26,326 bases of DNA from Clostridiales bacterium (lineage in GTDB: Bacteria; Bacillota; Clostridia; Saccharofermentanales; UBA5734). The notes beneath the pieces were generated by a model. It did not search any database and was not told the DNA's origin. It was given only the letters and a program-made list of their open reading frames with translations. This document shows positions 1 to 8,455 of this stretch, one piece after another. Location: the NCBI GenBank assembly GCA_007133255.1, contig SLMY01000065.1:1-26326 (forward strand), given 5' to 3'. Each line of letters begins with the position of its first letter. Positions within the stretch are counted from its first letter, which is position 1. The position numbers and the translations under genes were made by a program.

Positions 1-502
1 CTGTCAGGATTAGTGTGTCAACCAGAACATTATCAGTATCTCTGATCTCAACGCTGATCGATGCGGGCAGATCCACGTTCCATCCCAGATCTTCCCAGAT
101 CTTCTCTACTGACAGATAGCCCATGAGATATTCGCCTTCACTGTCGCTGATGACCAGATTCTTCGACGGAGTGAAGACCCAGTGCCACGTACCTTTGTCG
201 TATTCGGACAGATCAGCATAACCGCTGCCCTGTCCCCCCCAGTGATAAATTTTGCTATCGTAATCCAGCCAGGCAGCCGTGACAGTCAGGCAGTTATCCA
301 CGGCCAATTCTTCAACATACAGATGGCTCGCTCCTCTTCTTGCTATCGGGAACTCATAAGTTTCAGTTTCGCCATTACAATATTCAACATACAGTGTGCC
401 ATAACCTTCAACCGCGCCGACTGTGATCCCAGCGCCCGCAAGCAACAGCAGCACCAGCAGCACAGCAAGTGCAACTGGAATGATCTTTTTGCGTAATTTC
501 AT
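1..502 (-). CDS. Secreted cell-surface protein with a CnaB-type (Ig-like) domain; 3' end runs off the window
   Basis: Not in the ORF track. My translation from ATG at 502 (RBS GGGAG upstream) is open to the window edge: MKLRKKIIPVALAVLLVLLLLAGAGITVGAVEGYG... (basic n-region plus hydrophobic signal peptide). It ends ...LSVEKIWEDLGWNVDLPASISVEIRDTDNVLVDTLILT, resembling the CnaB repeat start (V.K.W.D...P.SI.V.L). Confidence 0.8.
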   Translation of the reverse strand, partial: MKLRKKIIPVALAVLLVLLLLAGAGITVGAVEGYGTLYVEYCNGETETYEFPIARRGASHLYVEELAVDNCLTVTAAWLDYDSKIYHWGGQGSGYADLSEYDKGTWHWVFTPSKNLVISDSEGEYLMGYLSVEKIWEDLGWNVDLPASISVEIRDTDNVLVDTLILT

Positions 503-824
503 GCTTTCACTCCCTATCTTATTTATGATGTGTAACCGTTTTGATGTGTAGCTGTATTGAAATTCACTGGTTAACTGCCTGCGTCATAAAACAACAATTC
601 AAACAAGGTGAAAGGAATTAAAATCCGTTCAAAGTCAAATCTCACTTACCAATTTGTTTGTACCTGTAAAAGCTATTCGGATGTCTCATGCGCCAATTTC
701 CTTCACTTCTGGATGGTTATCTGTTCAACTGTATCTTGCCTGTACTTTTCAACTCCTTTCTTTCTATCGCTTTATGTCTTCGGTTCACTCCGCTCGCTCT
801 TCACGTCAGATACGTTTTCCTGAG

Positions 825-853
825 CAAAATAAAAACCGGCCATGTGGCCGGTT
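825..853 (-). terminator. Intrinsic terminator forming the riboswitch expression platform
   Basis: Minus strand AACCGGCC-ACAT-GGCCGGTT followed by TTTATTTTG. The first arm (853-846) overlaps the aptamer 3' end. Confidence 0.85.
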
Positions 854-913
854 ACGCTACTTGCATATGCCTGACTAAGCGTCCATCTACCGTCAGACAA
901 TTATCGCATCCAC
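844..913 (-). ncRNA. Cyclic di-GMP class II (c-di-GMP-II) riboswitch aptamer
   Basis: Minus strand reads GTGG-A-TGC-GATAATT-GTCTGAC-GGTAGAT-GG-ACGC-TT-A-GTCAGGC-ATAT-GCA-AGTA-GCGT-AACCGG-CCAC. Pairings: P1 GTGG/CCAC, P2 TGC/GCA, P3 GTCTGAC/GTCAGGC, pseudoknot ACGC/GCGT (covariant with the canonical GCAC/GTGC). The conserved TGG, TT, AGTA and AACCG positions and segment lengths match the class II aptamer as I recall it. It lies upstream of a surface-protein gene, the typical context. Confidence 0.85.
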
Positions 914-1265
914 GAGTTATGAGTCTTTAGCGGGATGACCTACTTCATAAACAGATCCTCTGTGTTTGTTGGGGGCTGCTACTATGGTTCACGATATACG
1001 CCGAAGCTCAGGACATACTCTGCGCCCAGCTGAGATGCTTATTTCATATTGATTGATATAACTGAATTACGATAAAAGCCGAGGCAATTTCAACACTCTT
1101 ATAATCGTTATAGTATCATCGTTTTTGTAGAATATTACAGTTTATTTTCATTTTCTGGATATAATATTAAGATTTTGTTGCAAATTAATTTCTTCTTCAT
1201 TATTTTGACCTGCATCTGGTCATTTGGCAAAAAGCTGTTTATAATGAATACAGGTGAAGGTTCTA

Positions 1266-2513
1266 ATGATAAATGATATGAAAATATGTGAATGGGTTGA
1301 ACATTTTTCCGGTGTCTCAGGCATTGGCCTATTCTGTCTGGATAAAGACTCAAACAGACGTCCGCAAAGCACAGCCAGATGGAAAGACGCTGATTTAAAG
1401 CTGTTAGCCTTTGCTGAGGTAATTGAACGTATACAGGCACTGCCCACATCCTCGTCTGAATCGGACTGTTCCTATGAGACTTTTTTCACACTGACCGGGT
1501 TTGTCTACAATATTCACAGGATTACCCAACAGCAGGTTCATATTGGGACACTGGTTACAGAACCGATGCTCATTCAGCAGCTGGATGAAAATAAGATTCA
1601 GGCTATCTGCGTTCAACGTGGATCATCTATTGCCGAGAAAATTTTATTTAGGAATATTCTGCTCCATGTGCCGGTTGTCAGCTGGCAGCGAGTGTCGCAG
1701 CTTGGGAAGGTCCTGCAAAGCATGTGCTGTGCTTCCATCGGCCATCATCATGTCCGACAGATCAGTTCTGATATACATGGACAGCTGGATCAGCAGCAGG
1801 AAATCCCTCCCAAAACAAGCCCCTTACCAACTCAGGTTGATTTTGGCCAGCTGCCGTCTGAAGACAGATATCAGCAGATCAGGCATGTCATTCAAACCGG
1901 TGATTTATCTGCTTTGAAGCCGCTGCTAAACCATTACAGTCTGACCGACTGCCCCGTTAATCAGAATCCTGATATTGATTTTATCAGGTCAGCCAAAAAC
2001 AGTTCGATCGTGACCTGTACGATGGCCTGTTTTTGTGCCATTGAAGCAGGTTATCCTTATGATCAGGCCATCACTCTGGCACAAAAGCTGATAGACGGGA
2101 CAGAGAGACTACAGGATGTTAATGCGATTTTTAGCAAGATGAAAGACCCAATATCAGATTTTACCGCGGTCGTTGGACTGTATAAAGATAAAACGTACAG
2201 CAAAACGATGCACAAAGTACTGCTTTTTATTCAGAGCCGGTACCAGGAGAAAATCAGTCTGAAAGAGATTGCCGAGTATGTTGGCCATCATCCGAATTAC
2301 TTGTCAAGCCTGGTTAAAAAGGAAACCGGGCTGCCTTTGTTTGAACATATCAACAGAGTACGCGTTGAGATGAGCAAGTATGAGCTGCAGCACACGACAC
2401 GGACCATCGCTGAAATCGCTCAAAATGCTGGTTTTTCGCATCAGAACTACTATGCCCGTATCTTCAAGCGCATGACAGGCGTGACCCCATCAGAATTTCG
2501 CAGTAAGATTTAA
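1266..2513 (+). CDS. AraC-family transcriptional regulator with an N-terminal PocR-like sensory domain
   Basis: C-terminal double HTH: ISLKEIAEYVGHHPNYLSSLVKKETG...IAEIAQNAGFSHQNYYARIFKRMTGVTPSEFR. N-terminus has IGTLVTEPMLI, PocR-like. Start is uncertain (GTG 1254 or ATG 1266 after AGGTGAAGG). Confidence 0.88.
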   Translation: MINDMKICEWVEHFSGVSGIGLFCLDKDSNRRPQSTARWKDADLKLLAFAEVIERIQALPTSSSESDCSYETFFTLTGFVYNIHRITQQQVHIGTLVTEPMLIQQLDENKIQAICVQRGSSIAEKILFRNILLHVPVVSWQRVSQLGKVLQSMCCASIGHHHVRQISSDIHGQLDQQQEIPPKTSPLPTQVDFGQLPSEDRYQQIRHVIQTGDLSALKPLLNHYSLTDCPVNQNPDIDFIRSAKNSSIVTCTMACFCAIEAGYPYDQAITLAQKLIDGTERLQDVNAIFSKMKDPISDFTAVVGLYKDKTYSKTMHKVLLFIQSRYQEKISLKEIAEYVGHHPNYLSSLVKKETGLPLFEHINRVRVEMSKYELQHTTRTIAEIAQNAGFSHQNYYARIFKRMTGVTPSEFRSKI

Positions 2514-2895
2514 TATCCAGATTAACCTGATACAGCCTGGCTATATATGAATTTCGCGAAACCGATGAACCTGAGAGCATGATGCAGTTCATGGTCGTGA
2601 ACTTACATCACCTTTTAGACCTTGAGGGGTGCCGATGTTTTCTTGAACAGTTTAAGCCGTGCCTATCTGTTGTCTGGATTCTACCGGGCTCAAATAGCCC
2701 ATTAGTCAATGACAAAATACAAATGATAGCCCTTTATGATTGTTTGTCCTTTTTCTAGCCTGTAAAATATGAATATCTGTAAACTATATTAGCTGGTCAT
2801 CAATCAACCAGGTGGTTTATTGTCTTCTGGTTTTTCTCAGGAATGGTTTGCTGTCAGCACACGGTTTCGTCCCCAGATCATGAGGATTTGTCTTC

Positions 2896-3567
2896 ATGAA
2901 CTTTCAAGAAAGGTTAACGATCATGTATTGTCGTCATTGTGGCCAGACACTGGGAACCCAGGCTGTTTTTTGTACTCACTGCGGGTCACCGGCTAACGTA
3001 TCAGTCGGTCAGCCTTTTTCGGTTCATCCATCTGCCAAACCCGTGAAACAAAAAAAACTTCTCTCACCTCGAAAAAAACGGATCATTCGCGTAGGTATCG
3101 CTGTTAGCGCTGTCATCTTTCTTGGGCTTGTTGTCTGGCAAGCCGGACATCTCACCGGACAGTGGCAGCGAATGGCGCTAAATCGGTCGATTTCTGCCTG
3201 GGAACGTTATGATGATCGTTCTGAAGTTGAGGACGCGGTTATGACCAGCCTTAACGAAATGGCTGATTTACTGGAAAGAGGCCAGATTAGTGCTGCACTT
3301 GATTATGTGCATTCCGATCAGAAAGAGCGCTATGCCAGTGATTTCGCGCGATATCCAGAGCAGATTCCAATCCTGGTGTCCGCGCTGCGTTCCGCTAACC
3401 TCGTTTTAATCAGCGATGAGCTGGATGCATATGAAACCGACCGAATGGTACGGGTGGAGCTGCAGATTCCGGACGATGCCAACAGCGCCGGACAGGATGA
3501 AGCGCTTGGCAGAGCCTTTACGATCACAATGGTTCTGGACGAAGAAAGGTGGGTGATTGATTCATGA
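2896..3567 (+). CDS. Zinc-ribbon domain membrane protein
   Basis: MYCRHCG...FCTHCG (two CxxC), basic stretch KKLLSPRKKR, one TM helix (IIRVGIAVSAVIFLGLVVW), then an extracytoplasmic domain. Alternative start ATG 2923. Stop overlaps the next start (ATGA). Confidence 0.8.
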   Translation: MNFQERLTIMYCRHCGQTLGTQAVFCTHCGSPANVSVGQPFSVHPSAKPVKQKKLLSPRKKRIIRVGIAVSAVIFLGLVVWQAGHLTGQWQRMALNRSISAWERYDDRSEVEDAVMTSLNEMADLLERGQISAALDYVHSDQKERYASDFARYPEQIPILVSALRSANLVLISDELDAYETDRMVRVELQIPDDANSAGQDEALGRAFTITMVLDEERWVIDS

Positions 3568-6044
3568 TTGAGATGGTAAAACTGCTCAAGGACAGCGTTT
3601 CAAACTCACCAATAGATTATCAATTTGATTTCAGTGCCTTTTCAGAAACAAGCGTCTGCGATCAAAAGCGTAAAACTCATAGGTCTGTTCGTACTAAACG
3701 GATGCCTCTGCGCCTGCTGACTGGATTGCTGGCTTTTTTACTGTTATTCGGCAATGCCGGCAGTCTGGCACATGCCTGGGAGCAGGAAACGCATCAGATC
3801 ATCAATCAGGAAGCGATTCGTCAGTTTAACCAGATGGCAGCTGCCGCCGATAAATATAGAAACAGCCGAGTTGACTTAAGCACATTGGTTGAAGCTCCCT
3901 ATGTCACCAGTACCAGCAGAACCTCCTACTACTACGAACAGGAGTGGCGCCGCCATTCGGGGAATTATTTTATTGTTCATGGCGGCTATTCGTCCGATGA
4001 GCCGCATCTTTATGTCTCGGTCAAACACTTTTATGATCCATTCAAGCTTTCCGCCGTCCATCAGCTGACTGATCTGGCAGAGTATCATGGTCTTGTGTAC
4101 GAAGCGATACCAGCCACCGACTGGGCGCTGACACAACAGGATAATCCATACAGTCTGGTCAACGCGATGAAAAATTACAAAAAGAGTATGGAGATTCCTT
4201 CCAATGCTCAGGTTCGCTCAATACCAGCGACTGCAGATTTTCGTGATTTCGCCGGCCAGCCTGAATCAGTTGAACAGATGCGGGCAATGTACCTTGGCAA
4301 GGCGATGCGCGGTATAGGCGAAGTGATGCACCTGGTGGGTGATATGACGCAGCCGGCGCATGTGAGAAATGACGCCCACCCTAAATGGGAAATCACAGAA
4401 TCGGCTGTGACAGAGGATGTGGCCTGGACTGTTATTCGCGAGCCGAGGCGTGATGGCGTTAATCTGGCTGCAGCAGGCAATGATATTCGCAGAATTATGC
4501 ACGAAATGGCGAAATGGACCAACGAGAATTTTTACTCAGAAGATACCATGCATGATCTGAAGCATGATGTTGAACCCTGGAATGGCCTTAGCTACTATCC
4601 CTCACCTGTTTTTTCGCAGTTTACTGAAACGGTGTATAACGGATATCCAACCTGGGTTGCCCGGTTTCAGGACCTGGAAGTCAATATGTTTCGCAAGGAG
4701 CGAGACTGGTCTTTAGTCAACTACCGGTATATTATTACCAGTGAGTTCGCGGTTGAACAATCGAAGGTGCTGCTGCCCCTGGCCACTGCCGGCTGCGCCA
4801 GAGTCATTGACGTCTTCATGCCAACGCTGACGATGAAACAAGAATTGGCAGAAGTAGAGCCGGACGCAGAATTAGTCAAAAAAGCGGAAGAGCAGGGCGT
4901 TTTGCAGGTCCGCCAGTTTGAAGCTGATCTGCAGCTGGTACATGAAATCGGCCAGGATACACACTGGCGTGATGAGGGACTTGAAATCCGCTATTCCGGT
5001 CCGGGTGAGCTTTGGAAAATCAGCGGTTCAAGGGAAAGAAAAATTGCTGATGTTGAGTTTCTGGACGGCTCTGTCGCCAGGCACCAGGATCCTGTTACCG
5101 GAGAAATGGTTGACGGAAAGCCGCAGCTGATCATGCCGATGGGCGCGCCTTCCAGAGTTAATCTTTCCGGCCCTGAAATTGACTATTCCGTAGAACCAGA
5201 AGACGCGATTTTCACTACAGTTTCAGCTGGGGCTCGTGACATCACATGTGATCCTTACTTTTTCGAAACGGAAGATCCCGAGATCACCCTGAAAACGGAA
5301 AGTCTGCAGGTTATGCCGAGTGAACGGATTGACTTTACTGTTGAGATTAAAAACCCGCCGCAGCGGTATGAGCTGGAATGGCATTTCGGTGATGAAAACC
5401 CGGAAGATCCTGCTTCTTATGAGCCGGTTCGCAGCCGCGGCCTCAATATGACACACGTGTTCGAAAAGGAGCAGGACTATACGGTTACAGTGCGCCTGAT
5501 TGATCGCAAACGTGATGTGGTCAGAGCAGAGGACAGCCTGACCATAACCGCCGAGTTTGGTGATCTGTCGGGAAACTGGGACATCATTCTGACTGTTGAG
5601 GAAGAAAGCACCGTCTTTCGCAATCTGATCATCATGATCATGAAAGGGCTGATTCGCTTCTTTATCTCACCGTTTATAGAGGCACTGGGCGAAGGGCCTG
5701 TAGATGAATCAGTTGTTGAATCGTTTACGTTTGTCGGCTCCACGATTGAGTATAAAACGTATCTTAGCAAAATGGAGGAAGAGGAACATGAAATAGCCTA
5801 TCAGGGAACACTTGATTTTGTCGGTTCTAACACTGGTTATTTCAGCCCTCCGGCAGACAATCTCAGTGTGGTGCTGGTTATGGAAGAGGGTTATCTTGTC
5901 TTCTATGGCGGCGGTTATGATGACAATGGCAACTTTGTTGAGTTTAAATATCTGACTGACGGAAAAATGAACAGCACCAGCAACCTTGAAGGCCGGTTCG
6001 ACATGCCCGGTCAGATCAGCGGTACATGGGTGGCTCGCCGCTGA
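3564..6044 (+). CDS. Secreted Zn-dependent phospholipase C / S1-P1 nuclease superfamily protein with a C-terminal PKD-like domain
   Basis: Signal peptide ...LLAFLLLFGNAGSLAHA|WEQETH exposes an N-terminal Trp. Candidate metal ligands: W1, H6, SSDEP, KHFYDP, MHLVGD, QPAH, HPKWE. PKD-like segment: YELEWHFGD...THVFEKEQDYTVTVRLID. Confidence 0.75.
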   Translation: MIEMVKLLKDSVSNSPIDYQFDFSAFSETSVCDQKRKTHRSVRTKRMPLRLLTGLLAFLLLFGNAGSLAHAWEQETHQIINQEAIRQFNQMAAAADKYRNSRVDLSTLVEAPYVTSTSRTSYYYEQEWRRHSGNYFIVHGGYSSDEPHLYVSVKHFYDPFKLSAVHQLTDLAEYHGLVYEAIPATDWALTQQDNPYSLVNAMKNYKKSMEIPSNAQVRSIPATADFRDFAGQPESVEQMRAMYLGKAMRGIGEVMHLVGDMTQPAHVRNDAHPKWEITESAVTEDVAWTVIREPRRDGVNLAAAGNDIRRIMHEMAKWTNENFYSEDTMHDLKHDVEPWNGLSYYPSPVFSQFTETVYNGYPTWVARFQDLEVNMFRKERDWSLVNYRYIITSEFAVEQSKVLLPLATAGCARVIDVFMPTLTMKQELAEVEPDAELVKKAEEQGVLQVRQFEADLQLVHEIGQDTHWRDEGLEIRYSGPGELWKISGSRERKIADVEFLDGSVARHQDPVTGEMVDGKPQLIMPMGAPSRVNLSGPEIDYSVEPEDAIFTTVSAGARDITCDPYFFETEDPEITLKTESLQVMPSERIDFTVEIKNPPQRYELEWHFGDENPEDPASYEPVRSRGLNMTHVFEKEQDYTVTVRLIDRKRDVVRAEDSLTITAEFGDLSGNWDIILTVEEESTVFRNLIIMIMKGLIRFFISPFIEALGEGPVDESVVESFTFVGSTIEYKTYLSKMEEEEHEIAYQGTLDFVGSNTGYFSPPADNLSVVLVMEEGYLVFYGGGYDDNGNFVEFKYLTDGKMNSTSNLEGRFDMPGQISGTWVARR

Positions 6045-6296
6045 AGATTCAGAAGGAGGCTGCTGCACAATATCCTCTCGCCAAAGAAGGCACTGGCTGC
6101 TGACAGCCACCCGGCGGTTCGAACGCTAAACACAAGGCCAGGGGAACGGACTCATTGCGCAGTGGTCCTGATGGACCCCACAAGGGAGGATAGAACGAGT
6201 CCTCAAACAGCCTTTGCAAGACTATGATGGATCACATTTCAACGGCATTTATTTATTGGGCGACGGGCCAACTCAGATAAGACAGTTATGACGGGG

Positions 6297-6322
6297 CTAT
6301 AAAAGGATTATACGAGCGGAGG
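6297..6322 (+). repeat. Copy 1 of a 26-bp leader repeat containing TATAA-N5-TTATA and the RBS
   Basis: CTATAAAAGGATTATACGAGCGGAGG; 24/26 identical to 21577-21602. Confidence 0.85.
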
Positions 6323-6330
6323 AGGTTCTT

Positions 6331-7344
6331 ATGATGAAAAAGATTAGAACAGCCGTCATCGGATGCGGCTATTTTGGCAGCATGCATGCTGAAATCTATG
6401 CCTCCGCGAGCGGGGCGGATCTGATAGCGGTTGTGGACCGTGATGATGAAAAAGCCGGTGATCTGGCGAAGCGGCTTTTATGCAGGCCATACGGCAGTCT
6501 GGGCGCGGCCCTGTCTTCAGAGGAGATTGATCTGGTCGACGTATGCCTGCCTGACAGCCTGCATACCGACGCGGTCCTGCAGGCGATGGCGGCGGACAAA
6601 CATATTTTTATCGAAAAGCCCCTGGCAGATACGCTTGATAATGCCCGCAGGCTGATGATGGCCGCGGTGGATTACCCGCGCAAAATCACTGTCGGCCATA
6701 TCTGTCGTTTCGATATCCGCTATGTCAAAGCAAGAGAAGCCATTCAAAGCGGAGCACTGGGCGATATCATCTATATCGCCTCAAAACGCAACAGCCCGGT
6801 TCTCGGTGCCAGGCGCTATGCCCGCCACTGCAAGCTGCTGACACATAGCGGTGTCCATGATCTTGATCTGGTTCGCTGGTTTCTGGGCAGCGAATATCAG
6901 CAGGTCTATGCGGCCAGCCGCCGCGTACGCATGATCCATGAGGGTTACCCCGATACCGATGATGCTGTTCTCGCTGTTTTTACGCTCGACAACGGGGTGA
7001 CTTACTCTCTGGAGAATTGCTGGGCGCTGCCAGATCAGTTCCCTAGTTACATCGACGCTAAAATGAATATTGTCGGGACCAGAGGAGCAATCCAGATTGA
7101 TTTTGCTGACCAGGGTTACCAGTTTGCCGGCAATTCCCACTACGAACTGCCGGATATCGCCTACTGGCCGGAAGTAAATGGTCTGCGCAGCGGCGATCTT
7201 CGGCTTGAGCTGGAAGATTTTATTGAATGTATTCAACAAGACAGGCAGCCGCGGGTTACGGTCAGGGATGGGTATGAAGTCGCCCTGGCGGCGGTAAAAG
7301 CCATGGAATCCGCCGCCATTGGCCAGGTGGTGACCCTTCGCTGA
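6331..7344 (+). CDS. Gfo/Idh/MocA family NAD(P)-dependent oxidoreductase
   Basis: Rossmann motif TAVIGCGYFG, HIFIEKP, catalytic HSGVHDLD motif; RBS GGAGGAGG. Confidence 0.93.
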   Translation: MMKKIRTAVIGCGYFGSMHAEIYASASGADLIAVVDRDDEKAGDLAKRLLCRPYGSLGAALSSEEIDLVDVCLPDSLHTDAVLQAMAADKHIFIEKPLADTLDNARRLMMAAVDYPRKITVGHICRFDIRYVKAREAIQSGALGDIIYIASKRNSPVLGARRYARHCKLLTHSGVHDLDLVRWFLGSEYQQVYAASRRVRMIHEGYPDTDDAVLAVFTLDNGVTYSLENCWALPDQFPSYIDAKMNIVGTRGAIQIDFADQGYQFAGNSHYELPDIAYWPEVNGLRSGDLRLELEDFIECIQQDRQPRVTVRDGYEVALAAVKAMESAAIGQVVTLR

Positions 7345-7491
7345 CCTTCCGGACGTCAGTTAGATTTCACCCTCTCACTGATAGGTCACTGCTTTGGCTT
7401 TGGAGGCCGATCATCCAGGTACATGTTCCGGACGCAGCCGCATCCAGGGCCTGCGAACGCAAACCTTTTGCAATCAAATCTGGCGGATTCA

Positions 7492-7500
7492 TGATATAAT
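7492..7500 (+). promoter_or_regulatory. Extended -10 promoter element for the Cof hydrolase gene
   Basis: TGATATAAT (TGnTATAAT) 34 nt upstream of the ATG, with an AAGGAG RBS between. Confidence 0.55.
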
Positions 7501-7534
7501 GCTTTGTGATGCCTAAAGCAAGGAGCGTTTATTC

Positions 7535-8299
7535 ATGAATCTTCAACCCTATGCCGTTTTTCTTGATATCGACGGCACATTGATGGCCCACGGCCAGATT
7601 CCTCAGAAAAATATTGATGCGATCGCTGCTGCACGCAGCCGCGGTCATAAGGTATATATTAATACCGGCCGTTCCTATGCCTGTATCCCGAAATATTTGC
7701 TCGATGCCATTGAGTTTGACGGCATTGTTGCTGGTGTCGGCTCGTATATCAGGTACCGGGACCAGGTGGTGCACAGCCTGATCATTCCGCAGCCGCTGCT
7801 GTCTGAAACTGCTGACTATTTTGTCAGCAAACAGTATGCCTGCGCGTTTGAGGGTGAAGAGAAGATGATTTATCTGAATCTGCAGGCATCCAAAGATTTT
7901 CAAAATGCCTATTATATGGATAAGAAAAATCATTTCAAGTCTACGTATCGCGATGTGCGGATCACCAAGGCAACTGTTTTCGGAACACTTTCAGATGCAG
8001 ATCATGCTTATCTGAAAGATTCGTTCGTTATTTATCAGCATGACCATTATGCTGAAATAGCCCTGAAAGGCTGCAGCAAATCAGTCGGCATGCAGCGCGT
8101 CCTGGATGACCTGTCCATAGGCAGACAATACAGCCTGGCCATGGGTGACAGCACCAATGACCTGGACATGCTGACCGCTGCCGGTATCAGTGTGGCAATG
8201 GGCAACGCGACGGATGAAATAAAAGCCGTCAGCAACTATATCACTGCCGATGTCGCGGCAGCCGGGGTCGCTGAAGCACTTGAGAAATTTCTGCCCTGA
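7535..8299 (+). CDS. Cof-type HAD-IIB family hydrolase (phosphatase)
   Basis: Motif I FLDIDGTL, motif II INTGR, motif III SKSVG, motif IV AMGDSTNDLDML...VAMGNA. Confidence 0.93.
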   Translation: MNLQPYAVFLDIDGTLMAHGQIPQKNIDAIAAARSRGHKVYINTGRSYACIPKYLLDAIEFDGIVAGVGSYIRYRDQVVHSLIIPQPLLSETADYFVSKQYACAFEGEEKMIYLNLQASKDFQNAYYMDKKNHFKSTYRDVRITKATVFGTLSDADHAYLKDSFVIYQHDHYAEIALKGCSKSVGMQRVLDDLSIGRQYSLAMGDSTNDLDMLTAAGISVAMGNATDEIKAVSNYITADVAAAGVAEALEKFLP

Positions 8300-8455
8300 A
8301 AAGCCGGGAACAACCGGAAAGACCGCATGGGCCGGAATGACAGCACCATTCAAGAAAGTTTTGACAAAGCGATCAGCGGCAGCAGGATGAAGAAACGTGA
8401 TCGGTCCGGTTTGTACGATCACCCGGCCAGACCGGGCAGTTAGAGATTGATGATC

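Noticed and set aside
182-496. 104-aa plus-strand ORF with a QQQHQQH run
   Set aside because: It is the antisense shadow of the minus-strand signal-peptide gene; the Gln/His run mirrors Leu/Val codons.
914-1050. Possible second, tandem riboswitch upstream of the c-di-GMP-II aptamer (contains AGTAGCAGCC and CTCAG/CTGAG)
   Set aside because: No matching pseudoknot partner or correct spacing; no other riboswitch consensus fits.
608-1449. Short ORFs in the 503-1253 intergenic region and antisense to the AraC start
   Set aside because: No recognisable motifs or well-placed RBS, and several overlap the riboswitch or AraC gene.
2556-2640. TPP-riboswitch-like words (GAACCTGA, CTGAGA, GGGGTGCC)
   Set aside because: The elements are in the wrong order and spacing for a TPP aptamer.
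6125-6220. Resemblance to a c-di-AMP (ydaO) riboswitch (GGGGAAC) or a hammerhead ribozyme (CTGATG)
   Set aside because: It lacks the GGGG.AAUC and CAGCUAAC.CC elements of ydaO, and has CTGATGG/GAAC instead of the hammerhead CUGANGA/GAAA core.
6042-6227. In-frame 60-codon open stretch after the TGA of the PLC-like gene, with a GAGG/CCTC hairpin 11 nt downstream (Sec read-through idea)
   Set aside because: SGTWVARR is a plausible natural C-terminus, the extension looks non-coding, the position is not a catalytic Cys equivalent, and 60 open codons can occur by chance at this GC content.
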